This document shows, one piece after another, positions 1 to 7,277 of a DNA stretch of 20,000 bases (its first letter is position 1; every line of letters starts with the position of its first letter). The translations under genes were made by a program, and so were the position numbers. The notes under the pieces were generated by a model. That model was not told the DNA's origin, made no database searches, and worked only from the letters and a program-made list of their open reading frames with translations. This DNA is from an uncultured virus (IMG/VR IMGVR_UViG_3300026116_000007) (Duplodnaviria > Heunggongvirae > Uroviricota > Caudoviricetes), in the IMG/VR virus record IMGVR_UViG_3300026116_000007. One strand, given 5' to 3'.

Positions 1-2
1 AG

Positions 3-206
3 TTCATCTTCACTCAACATGATAATGAACCTCCCACCCCTCCTCAACCAACGTTTGGGGAATATGACCCTAAGGGATTAGTCTTCCCCAATGGTGACGT
101 AGTTGCAGGTTTTTGGTTCCTCGAAGAGGGCTCAAAGCTTCATCTTGCAGTTGATGCAGATGGAAATGAATATGAGACCATTGACGAACCCATCAAGGTA
201 AGCTAG
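3..206 (+). CDS. 3' end of a hypothetical protein, truncated by the window edge
   Basis: Open frame from the window start (FIFTQHDNEPPTPPQPTFGEYDPKG...DEPIKVS) to TAG at 204-206; same strand as all downstream genes. Confidence 0.7.
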   Translation, partial: FIFTQHDNEPPTPPQPTFGEYDPKGLVFPNGDVVAGFWFLEEGSKLHLAVDADGNEYETIDEPIKVS

Positions 207-212
207 TTTGAA

Positions 213-276
213 CGAGTGGCTGAGGCAGTCTTATTGATTAGGATATCCTAACTAAGGCTATGACTTCAGCCACTCG
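213..276 (+). other. Long imperfect intergenic hairpin (processing signal, terminator or leader)
   Basis: CGAGTGGCTGAGG (213-225) pairs with CTTCAGCCACTCG (264-276), with inner AGTCTTA/TAAGGCT and TTAGGA/TCCTAA stems. G-U pairs favour the + strand. No U-tract follows. Confidence 0.6.
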
Positions 277-354
277 CTATAAATAATGAAGAGGCTACTT
301 CATTGTTTATATCGAGTCCATCGTTCAAACAAAATGTAAGAAAGGAAAATCAAA

Positions 355-1569
355 ATGGCCACAATACACGTAGTTTTAGCAAAAGTTGTAAATGAAGGAG
401 TTGCGAAGTTATTTTACGCCCATCCTTCAATTCAGAAGACGTCCCTCATTCTGAATAATAAGTCCGTCATCAAGGCCCCCACTGGCTCAATCGTCCAATT
501 GTCCATCAAGATGATGCCTTCCGGGAAACGTATCCTCCTCCACTGTGAAGCTATGAGCTACACGAGCATCCAACAGTTCATCAATTCAGTTGGTATCGAC
601 TCAATGAGAAAAGCAAGTATTCGTTCTGCGTCTGAGGGGTATCCCGTAACAACCGCATTTGACGGTTCGGACGACAAGGCCTACCTCATCAAGGCAGTCA
701 TTGCTCGTTTTGGAGATGATACTGAGCAGGTAAACAATGATGAACCTCAGGTCGAAGAAGAGCCCTCCGATGGTTTCACTCAGTATGGGGAACTTTTCAT
801 TCCCGAGATTATCCTTCGAGCACTTCGAGCAGCAAAGGATATCGCTTCGAAGGCCAAGGCTGCTAACGTCCTCTTGGTTGGTCCTTCTGGGAATGGCAAA
901 ACCTCCCTCGCTCATGAGTTTGCCAGTGAGAATGGTTTCCAGTTCGTCAAGGTAAACTGCTCCGTCGTTCGTGACCCCGAAGAGTGGTTTGGCTATCGTG
1001 AAGCAATCGATGGCTCAACCGTTTTTGTTGAGACTGATTTCACCAAAGCAGTCAAGGCTGGAAACGCAGTCATCCTCCTCGACGAAATCAACCGTTTGGA
1101 GCCCTACCTCCACAACTCGTTGATGCCTCTCCTCGATGAAACTCGTCGAACCTCAATTCATGGGAACAATATCGAGGTTGGGGACAACGTCATCTTTTTC
1201 TGCACCATGAACCTCGGCATTGGTTTTGTTGGAACTTTCCTCCTCGACACTGCAGTCAAAAATCGTATGGATGCCACCATCGTGATGGAAAAGCTTTCCT
1301 TTGACCGTGAAGTTCAACTCCTCATCGAGAGGGTTGGAGTAACAAAGACAGTCGCAAGCCGGATTGTTACTCTCATGGACAAGCTTCGTGATGTAGTCAT
1401 CCGCAACGAAATGGAAGTTGATATCTCTATTCGTTCCTCACTCAAGGTCGCTCGCATGGTCAATACCGAAATCGTGGACATTCGAGAGGCACTCACATTC
1501 GTTATTTTCAATAATGCAGAGGATGTTGAGCAGGCTAAAATGCTCGCCGATGCTTTGATTGGAGCCTAA
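355..1569 (+). CDS. MoxR/CbbQ/NirQ/CobS-type AAA+ ATPase with an N-terminal extension
   Basis: Walker A GPSGNGKT, Walker B ILLDEINR, sensor-1 region FCTMN, arginine-finger region DTAVKNR, sensor-2 ISIRS. RBS GAAAGGA at 340-346. Adjacent VWA gene. Confidence 0.9.
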   Translation: MATIHVVLAKVVNEGVAKLFYAHPSIQKTSLILNNKSVIKAPTGSIVQLSIKMMPSGKRILLHCEAMSYTSIQQFINSVGIDSMRKASIRSASEGYPVTTAFDGSDDKAYLIKAVIARFGDDTEQVNNDEPQVEEEPSDGFTQYGELFIPEIILRALRAAKDIASKAKAANVLLVGPSGNGKTSLAHEFASENGFQFVKVNCSVVRDPEEWFGYREAIDGSTVFVETDFTKAVKAGNAVILLDEINRLEPYLHNSLMPLLDETRRTSIHGNNIEVGDNVIFFCTMNLGIGFVGTFLLDTAVKNRMDATIVMEKLSFDREVQLLIERVGVTKTVASRIVTLMDKLRDVVIRNEMEVDISIRSSLKVARMVNTEIVDIREALTFVIFNNAEDVEQAKMLADALIGA

Positions 1570-1570
1570 C

Positions 1571-3343
1571 ATGGACGCAATTCAAAATGCACGTAAGTTG
1601 ATTGACAAGGAGTACGGGCTGCTGGGAATACCGGCAGTCCGCTCCCCTCGTTTTCTCAGTCTCATTCGTGGGACTAAAAATTTGCTCAGTATGACCACTG
1701 GGAAGTTTGGGACACGAAAGGCAAAATCGTTGGCCATCAGCTACGAAGTTGGTGAAATGGCCTCCACTGATTTGAAGCTCAATGTTCGTATCCCTGCCTG
1801 GTATTGCTACACTGAGTCATTACTAAAGTTTGTTGGTCGTCCTCTCAGTGAGAAGGAGTCCTCAGCAGTTTCATTGACCATTATCAATGGCTCAACCATT
1901 CATGAGGGACTTCACGTAGCACTTAGTCGTGACATCATGACAAAGGGGTACTTCGAGCGTATTCACGCTCACGAAAACTCCCAACTTTTTATGTTCTTAG
2001 TCAACATTGTTGAGGACATTCGAATGGAAGGAATTCTCCGCAGCTCAAGGCACATCGAATTTGCTGAGTACATCGATGCTAAGAACGAAATTTTCTTCTC
2101 TGAGGAAAATATGGTTGAGGAGCTCGACAAGGTTATAAGTGAAACTGAGAATGACCCCAAATCGGTTGCTCTCGCACTGCTTGCCCCTTACAAGTGCACA
2201 TCACGCAGAAAAAGAATTTTGAGTACGTTCGCCGAAGTTTTCCCTGAGGTTGGTACAATCGTGAGCAACATTGATGAGTCAACCAAAACCAATGAAGTAG
2301 CCGAAGAGCTCTTCAAACTTCTCAATGGAGCAAAGTCAACTAAGAGAGAAAGCGGTGATGGCAAACTTGGTACAGGTGGTGAAGCAGCCGAGTCAGAGTT
2401 CAATATGGAAAAAGCTTTAGCAAAGAAAGCAGAGAAGATAATGAGAAGTTTGCTAAAGGGAAATCCAACAGAGAAAATTGATGTTGAAGAGGATGAGAAT
2501 AAGGGTCCACTGAAGGATAAAGAAATGGAAGAGCGTGACATCACAAACATTGCTTTAACCATTTATCCTTGGGACTACGAGGATATCAATCTCGACTTTG
2601 GCTTCCTCAGGAAGTTGAAGGTCGCTCGTCAGCTCCTCCCCAGCCGAAGTGAACCCAAGACAAGAGGTTCAAAACTTCTCAACACTCGCATTAGTCACAT
2701 CATCACTGATGGGAAACTTTTCACCAATCATGGAGATAGCTTTTCATCCATGCAGAGGAAACACCCCGAATTTGTACTCTTACTCGATATGTCCGGGTCA
2801 ATGAGTGAGTATATTGGACGAGTAGCAGCCGCAGTTCGTAAGATTGCGAAGGAAATGAAGAGTGCGGATATCACATTTGCGGTTTATGGTCACACATCAT
2901 ATTATCTTGATGGTAGCAGCCATAAAGAAAGTGACCAACCAGTTCTCTATCACATCTTCTCTTATAAGACGAACAATCGAACTGACCGTGACTTTGATAA
3001 TCGATTTGAGTTAGCTCGTAAAGTTCACTTAGTTGAGAACTATGATGGATATGCAATCCGGAAAATGGCTGGTAAGTTCAACAAGAAATGTGACCATCGC
3101 AAATTGCTCGTCCTCTCTGATGGTTCACCAGCCGGACATGACTACGGTGGGTCAAAAGGAAATCAACACACAATTGAGTCCATTGCTTGGGTTCGCAAGC
3201 AGGGAATTCAAGTCATCGCAATGTCCCTTGTTGAAGACGTAATCTCGGCTAACAACTTCCTCTACGGGAAAGAGAACAACGTGGACGCATCAACGCAGGA
3301 CAAATTGGAGTCTCAACTACAAAAACTTATCCTAGGCGGGTAA
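1571..3343 (+). CDS. VWA (MIDAS) domain protein with an N-terminal HExxH motif (CobT/NorD-like partner of the AAA+ ATPase)
   Basis: HEGLH and NIVEDIRME in the N-terminal part; MIDAS DMSGSMS, ENYDG and LSDGSP in the C-terminal part. ATG at 1571 follows GGAG at 1561-1564 and is preferred over the ORF-track start at 1559. Confidence 0.88.
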   Translation: MDAIQNARKLIDKEYGLLGIPAVRSPRFLSLIRGTKNLLSMTTGKFGTRKAKSLAISYEVGEMASTDLKLNVRIPAWYCYTESLLKFVGRPLSEKESSAVSLTIINGSTIHEGLHVALSRDIMTKGYFERIHAHENSQLFMFLVNIVEDIRMEGILRSSRHIEFAEYIDAKNEIFFSEENMVEELDKVISETENDPKSVALALLAPYKCTSRRKRILSTFAEVFPEVGTIVSNIDESTKTNEVAEELFKLLNGAKSTKRESGDGKLGTGGEAAESEFNMEKALAKKAEKIMRSLLKGNPTEKIDVEEDENKGPLKDKEMEERDITNIALTIYPWDYEDINLDFGFLRKLKVARQLLPSRSEPKTRGSKLLNTRISHIITDGKLFTNHGDSFSSMQRKHPEFVLLLDMSGSMSEYIGRVAAAVRKIAKEMKSADITFAVYGHTSYYLDGSSHKESDQPVLYHIFSYKTNNRTDRDFDNRFELARKVHLVENYDGYAIRKMAGKFNKKCDHRKLLVLSDGSPAGHDYGGSKGNQHTIESIAWVRKQGIQVIAMSLVEDVISANNFLYGKENNVDASTQDKLESQLQKLILGG

Positions 3344-3353
3344 AAATAAGTAG

Positions 3354-3438
3354 GCATCTTCGGATGTGGTGGAGCAGTTGAGGTCTCCTTTTGGGGGTCG
3401 GGACAACCCCCTATTTTCCTTTCCTCAGCTGTTCCATC
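3354..3438 (+). ncRNA. Putative small RNA: cUUCGg hairpin plus a 16-bp stem with a pyrimidine-rich internal loop
   Basis: GCATC-TTCG-GATGT (3354-3367); GGTGGAGCAGTTGAGG (3368-3383) pairs with CCTCAGCTGTTCCATC (3423-3438); apical GGGGGT/ACCCCC stem. Confidence 0.5.
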
Positions 3439-3446
3439 TTAGCTAG

Positions 3447-3499
3447 GTCTCTCCCTCTGAGTCTGACGTTTATGACTGCAGGGGGAGAGACTTTTATTT
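3447..3499 (+). terminator. Probable intrinsic terminator
   Basis: GTCTCTCCCTCTG (3447-3459) pairs with CAGGGGGAGAGAC (3479-3491), followed by TTTTATTT. Confidence 0.6.
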
Positions 3500-3508
3500 G
3501 GAGGTACA

Positions 3509-3655
3509 ATGTTTGAAAAATTATTCGATAAAGTATTCTCATTCGTTGTTACGTCGTGGGTAAGCTATAAGCTAAAGAAATATGGCACACTGAACGTTCA
3601 GTTTCCCGCTTCACTTGGCAAACAGATTGACGTCTTCTTTGAGAAGGAGGAATAA
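3509..3655 (+). CDS. Hypothetical protein, 48 aa (not in the ORF track)
   Basis: RBS GGAGGT then ATG at 3509; MFEKLFDKVFSFVVTSW...FFEKEE; TAATG overlap with the next gene. Confidence 0.7.
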   Translation: MFEKLFDKVFSFVVTSWVSYKLKKYGTLNVQFPASLGKQIDVFFEKEE

Positions 3656-3885
3656 TGAACGGCGTTCGTAAGAAAGATGGAAAGACTGGTCGAGGGTTCG
3701 CCGTAAATGCTTTCGTTCATGGTAAATTATTTGATTGGACTTGCCCCAAATGTAATCTTCGGAATACAAACAACATATGGTTAGGGAGAATGGACTACTG
3801 TTGTGAAGGTTGTACAAAGTTGACCAACGTGAAAGGGCACACCATCGGAATGAACAAGGCAGTTTCACTTATTGAAATACTATAG
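3655..3885 (+). CDS. Small zinc-ribbon-like protein
   Basis: CPKC...CEGC cysteine pairs; RBS AAGGAGG. Confidence 0.7.
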   Translation: MNGVRKKDGKTGRGFAVNAFVHGKLFDWTCPKCNLRNTNNIWLGRMDYCCEGCTKLTNVKGHTIGMNKAVSLIEIL

Positions 3886-3893
3886 GTGGAATA

Positions 3894-3992
3894 ATGAAAT
3901 TCAAAATCTGGTGGTACTTATCAGTGGTGGTTCCAATGAAATGGTTGATGCTACGGTCGCTCAGGTTCATTCGAAACAGGAAAGTAATATAA
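3894..3992 (+). CDS. Possible 32-aa peptide
   Basis: AGGTGG then ATG at 3894; MKFKIWWYLSVVVPMKWLMLRSLRFIRNRKVI; fills the gap between neighbouring genes. Confidence 0.35.
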   Translation: MKFKIWWYLSVVVPMKWLMLRSLRFIRNRKVI

Positions 3993-4038
3993 CTATAAGC
4001 CTCGCTACTATAATGCAGCTGAGTGTAAGGAGAATAAA

Positions 4039-4317
4039 ATGGACGCAAATGAAAGTGATAAGTTAGACGAAATCGCAGACAAGATTTTTGACCTCAATGG
4101 AATGAATAGCTCTAAAGGGAGTTTTGCCCAAATGGGAATTGATGGGGATTATTTATTCATCAAATTTATGTCAGATAATGGGGTAACTGATGGAGAGAAT
4201 GGAAGAATACTCCATACTCTTTTAGAGAAGGCCAACGTCAGACATGAATACTTTGATGATAGAAAGTTCCTGGTCAAGACGAAGGATATCGAGTCATTCC
4301 TGAATGATAATCGGTGA
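4039..4317 (+). CDS. Hypothetical protein
   Basis: 92-aa ORF with RBS AAGGAGA. Confidence 0.75.
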   Translation: MDANESDKLDEIADKIFDLNGMNSSKGSFAQMGIDGDYLFIKFMSDNGVTDGENGRILHTLLEKANVRHEYFDDRKFLVKTKDIESFLNDNR

Positions 4318-4424
4318 CACTGCGGTCGCCTCTGGTAATCGAAAATTTGTAGTATGATAGATTATGTGTCTATACAGAGAGGAGGAACTATGGTGCTCCA
4401 TAAACCTTATCTAAAGGAGGTCAT

Positions 4425-4613
4425 ATGAGGCAATTCTTTATCGCACTATTGGTTGTTGGTATTCTATTTGGCATATGTGGTGGTCTTGTTGGATTTGCGA
4501 GTGTTATTGCTATGATTGACACGTTTATGTCAAAGTTCTTTATCACCCCACTATGGATACGAGTACTGGCATTCTTTGGTTTATTCATAATCATCATGAT
4601 AGGGAGGAAATAA
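4425..4613 (+). CDS. Small membrane protein (about 2 TM segments)
   Basis: RBS AAGGAGGT; two hydrophobic stretches. Confidence 0.75.
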   Translation: MRQFFIALLVVGILFGICGGLVGFASVIAMIDTFMSKFFITPLWIRVLAFFGLFIIIMIGRK

Positions 4614-4619
4614 ACATCT

Positions 4620-4692
4620 GGGGATGTAGCTCAATGGATAGAGCACCAGCCTTCTAAGCTGATTGTTCTGGGTTCGAGTCCCAGCATCCTCA
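4620..4692 (+). tRNA. trnR: tRNA-Arg(UCU)
   Basis: Acceptor GGGGATG/CATCCTC, D arm GCTC/GAGC, anticodon loop CT-TCT-AA, T arm CTGGG-TTCGAGT-CCCAG, discriminator A. CCA is not encoded. Confidence 0.95.
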
Positions 4693-4694
4693 CT

Positions 4695-4795
4695 AAGGAA
4701 GTCAGAAGCGGTTCCCTTGGACACACGAGCGAAGGCGAGCAGGCGTGGACAATCCATGGTCAAGAAAGAAATGAACCACTGACTTCCTTTTTTTT
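4695..4795 (+). ncRNA. Structured element of about 95 nt directly 3' of tRNA-Arg, ending in a U-tract
   Basis: Perfect 11-bp AAGGAAGTCAG/CTGACTTCCTT, inner GGTTC/GAACC, CTTGG/TCAAG and CGTGGA-CAA-TCCATG, followed by a T run. Confidence 0.55.
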
Positions 4796-4832
4796 GCACG
4801 AGACGTAAACAAATTTATCAAAGGAGAACAAA

Positions 4833-5036
4833 ATGAAAAAAGCATTTATTATTCAGGAAACTAAAGACTACGCAATGGGGGTATACCTTGTATTTGCTGA
4901 GAACGTGAAGGAAGCAAAGACTACTCTCTTCAATTATGAAGGGTCACTTCACGGAGGGGTACGCAAGGCTATCATGGAAGTTCAAGCTCAATTCAATGGT
5001 CAATACATCATCGAGTTAGGTTCATATATAGAATAG
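4833..5036 (+). CDS. Hypothetical protein
   Basis: RBS AAAGGAGA; 67 aa. Confidence 0.75.
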   Translation: MKKAFIIQETKDYAMGVYLVFAENVKEAKTTLFNYEGSLHGGVRKAIMEVQAQFNGQYIIELGSYIE

Positions 5037-5044
5037 GAGGTCTC

Positions 5045-5332
5045 ATGACTGTATCACCATGCAACTTCGGAAATCTGAATAAACCCATCAATGAACCACT
5101 TACCGAACTGGAAATCCAGGTGCTAAAGGTGATGGGAATGAAAAAGATGAATGCACCTGACCTTGACGTATGGGATGCTAGTTTGATTTGGCTAATGGCT
5201 GAAGCTCAAATGGGTCACTTCGCACGGTTAGCTACAGCATTCCCTGAGCTTGGCGAAGTCATTGCTTCGTTTATGTTTGGTAATCTTCAGACACGATACG
5301 AGGCTCAAACAAAAGAAGTTTGTGAAGCATAA
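5045..5332 (+). CDS. Hypothetical protein
   Basis: RBS AGGAGGT; 95 aa. Confidence 0.75.
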   Translation: MTVSPCNFGNLNKPINEPLTELEIQVLKVMGMKKMNAPDLDVWDASLIWLMAEAQMGHFARLATAFPELGEVIASFMFGNLQTRYEAQTKEVCEA

Positions 5333-5341
5333 AGGAGAACA

Positions 5342-5533
5342 ATGACCAATCTTCAGCAACTTGCAAATGAAATGAGAAAGAAGATTTATCTTTATCGTCT
5401 GAGCAACATGACGGTCGCGCACTCAGTAACTGCCTACTCTGTTGGAGACAAAGTTGAAAACATAACAGAGGACCAAATAGGAAAACTAACAATTATTGAG
5501 ATTATAGGAGCATATGTTCCGAAGGAGGAATGA
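5342..5533 (+). CDS. Hypothetical protein
   Basis: RBS AAAGGAGA; 63 aa; ATGA overlap with the next gene. Confidence 0.7.
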   Translation: MTNLQQLANEMRKKIYLYRLSNMTVAHSVTAYSVGDKVENITEDQIGKLTIIEIIGAYVPKEE

Positions 5534-5772
5534 TGGCAAAGAAAAGGGGTGGTTACAAGAATTTGACTGGCAATTGGCAGGATACGGTGAACGGGATTGT
5601 CCGCTCTGACAATTTTGTTCCTGGCGAAGGCGCAAAAGGGTATTCTCCCGACTGGGACAATCGTCCGCCTGTTCGTGATAGTGGCGGTCGTCCACTAATT
5701 CCTGGCGGCAATGGCAAAGTTGATTGGGTAAGATGGGCAGCCGAATTAGAAGAACAGAAAAAGAAAGGATAG
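5530..5772 (+). CDS. Hypothetical Gly/Pro-rich protein
   Basis: RBS AAGGAGG; 80 aa; start at 5530 or 5533. Confidence 0.7.
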   Translation: MMAKKRGGYKNLTGNWQDTVNGIVRSDNFVPGEGAKGYSPDWDNRPPVRDSGGRPLIPGGNGKVDWVRWAAELEEQKKKG

Positions 5773-5773
5773 C

Positions 5774-5992
5774 ATGTCAAGAAGAGGTACAAAATATAAC
5801 GACATGGAGCTCTACGACTTTATCAAAAAGTATATAGAGCTCCATAAGTATTCCCCTTCACTGAGGGAAATGGTAAAAGGAACTTCATATACGTCAACGA
5901 GTATTGCAACCTTAGGAGTAAATCGACTCATTAGAAGAGGGTATATCAGTAAAACTCCTCTTATCGCAAGGGGGATAGTAATTATCAAATGA
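5774..5992 (+). CDS. LexA-like N-terminal winged-helix DNA-binding protein lacking the peptidase domain
   Basis: LYDFIKKYIELHKYSPSLREM...STS...LIRRGYI...ARGI follows the LexA DNA-binding-domain pattern (P-S/T-x-R-E-I; L-x-x-K/R-G-Y-I; ARGI). The ORF ends at 72 aa. Confidence 0.8.
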   Translation: MSRRGTKYNDMELYDFIKKYIELHKYSPSLREMVKGTSYTSTSIATLGVNRLIRRGYISKTPLIARGIVIIK

Positions 5993-6002
5993 GGGGGACC
6001 AT

Positions 6003-6149
6003 GGGTTGTTACTCAAGTGGATGAAGAGTGTAGGATGTCTGGTTGAACATTATTAATGAGAGTCTTGGGACTACAGGGATAATGTGACAAGCCTACGATA
6101 ATTTGGGACTAACCATTCCATCACGTGAGTTCGAATCTCACACAGCCCA
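6003..6149 (+). ncRNA. Class-II tRNA-like RNA with a 57-nt structured segment in place of the anticodon loop
   Basis: Acceptor GGGTTGT/ACAGCCC plus A73; U8-A9; D arm CTC-AAGTGGATGAA-GAG; anticodon stem GTAGG (6030-6034)/CCTAC (6092-6096); 28-nt variable region; T arm GTGAG-TTCGAAT-CTCAC. Confidence 0.8.
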
Positions 6150-6174
6150 CTTTTTCATTTTGAAAGGAGAACAT

Positions 6175-6381
6175 ATGGTAAGTATAGAAGTAAGAATAAC
6201 CCCACAATGTGGCCACGAGCAGTTTACTTATGACTGCCTATGGTGTGCGGAGTCAAAGGTAGTTCAAAGAACTATTGTTCAATTCATTGAAGATAAGAAG
6301 GGACCATTCAAGTCACACTCACAAATAGAAATGAAAATCACTGACTATTCAGGATACGAGGGTAATGATGAGACCATCTAA
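6175..6381 (+). CDS. Hypothetical protein with a CxH...CxxC motif
   Basis: ATG at 6175 after AAAGGAGA. The ORF-track start at 6103 lies inside the tRNA-like RNA. Confidence 0.7.
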   Translation: MVSIEVRITPQCGHEQFTYDCLWCAESKVVQRTIVQFIEDKKGPFKSHSQIEMKITDYSGYEGNDETI

Positions 6382-6817
6382 ATATGAAACCTATATGGAA
6401 ATTGCAAAGATGTGGGCCAAACAATCTACATGTTCAGCACGTGTAGCGGTTGGAGCAGTCATCGTCAATAAGTTTGGCCAAGTGATTGCGAGTGGGTACA
6501 ATGGGTCACCCCGAGGTCATCCCCACTGTGATGAAGTTGGTTGTGACCTTGATGCTCTAGGTCACTGCAAGAGAGCTATTCACGCTGAATTGAATGCTAT
6601 ATTACAGTGTGCGAGAGTGGGTGTCTCATGTGACGACTGCTTTATCTATATAACTCATTCACCTTGTCCTCGATGCTCATTGATGATTGCCCAATCAGGG
6701 ATTATAAGAGTCGTCTATGATAATCAATATGGGGATTTGACTGACTCATCCGATATTCTTGCAGTCTCACGTATCCCAATGGTCCCATTTGTAAAGGAGG
6801 TAGGATGGACTTCATAG
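6365..6817 (+). CDS. dCMP deaminase (ComEB/T4 cd family)
   Basis: STC...VGAVIV, SGYNG, HC...GC, HAELNAI and PCPRC zinc motifs. Confidence 0.92.
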   Translation: MMRPSKYETYMEIAKMWAKQSTCSARVAVGAVIVNKFGQVIASGYNGSPRGHPHCDEVGCDLDALGHCKRAIHAELNAILQCARVGVSCDDCFIYITHSPCPRCSLMIAQSGIIRVVYDNQYGDLTDSSDILAVSRIPMVPFVKEVGWTS

Positions 6818-7050
6818 TCGAGGTGCACACCACATGGTGAGAGGAAACAAAATTCCTCATAAAAGGCTGTTCTAGCAGTGATGATGCACGTTCACAATTG
6901 GTAGAGCATTACAAAAATCACCGTCACGTTGACCTTCATCCTTGCATCCCTCCTCCAACGAAACGTGATGTTGGCTTTTATATCTTTGGAGTTGATGAGG
7001 TGAAAGATAAAATCACTGAGGTCCATGACTACTATCCACCGGAGGAATAA
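6805..7050 (+). pseudogene. 81-codon frame interrupted by one in-frame TGA at codon 12 (pseudogene, read-through or sequence error)
   Basis: RBS AAGGAGGT, ATG at 6805, TGA at 6838-6840, then 69 open codons to TAA at 7048-7050, which overlaps the next ATG (TAATG). Confidence 0.6.
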
Positions 7051-7250
7051 TGCAGGAGCGTCGCAAAAACTACAAACAAGTCCTGAAGGATAGCAAAGCA
7101 GCAAAAACCCAAAATGAAAGGAGCAAAGAGCTTTTTGACCAACTTGATGAAATTAGGGGCAAAATAAGAGGATGTGGGATAGACTATGATTTGTATTGCA
7201 AATATAAGCAACAGGAAATGGAAATCATAGCCAGGATAGCTACCTTTTAG
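7050..7250 (+). CDS. Hypothetical helical protein
   Basis: RBS GGAGG; TAATG coupling; 66 aa. Confidence 0.65.
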   Translation: MQERRKNYKQVLKDSKAAKTQNERSKELFDQLDEIRGKIRGCGIDYDLYCKYKQQEMEIIARIATF

Positions 7251-7277
7251 AAGTATTGAAAAATTATGTGCCGATGA

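Noticed and set aside
278..285. T4 late promoter TATAAATA
   Set aside because: A single occurrence in AT-rich sequence, with no supporting sigma factor or repeated use in the window.
355..3343. Cobalamin biosynthesis (cobS/cobT) auxiliary metabolic genes
   Set aside because: No cobN or other cobalamin genes are present. Generic MoxR-VWA pairs in phages are often mislabelled this way.
3872..4066. 64-aa ORF from the track
   Set aside because: Non-ATG start without an RBS, and it overlaps both neighbours. A shorter ORF at 3894-3992 fits better.
4722..4743. SRP RNA helix-8-like motif (CACG-AGC-GAAG-GCG-AGCA)
   Set aside because: The tetraloop is not GNRA and the conserved CAGG strand is altered. 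Resemblance is too weak.
6003..6149. tRNA-Sec or a UGA suppressor serving the in-frame TGA at 6838; or an archaeal BHB intron
   Set aside because: The 7-bp acceptor and 3-bp D stem are not Sec-like, and there is no TCA in the insert. Positions 32-35 do not form the 4-bp BHB helix with 3-nt bulges.
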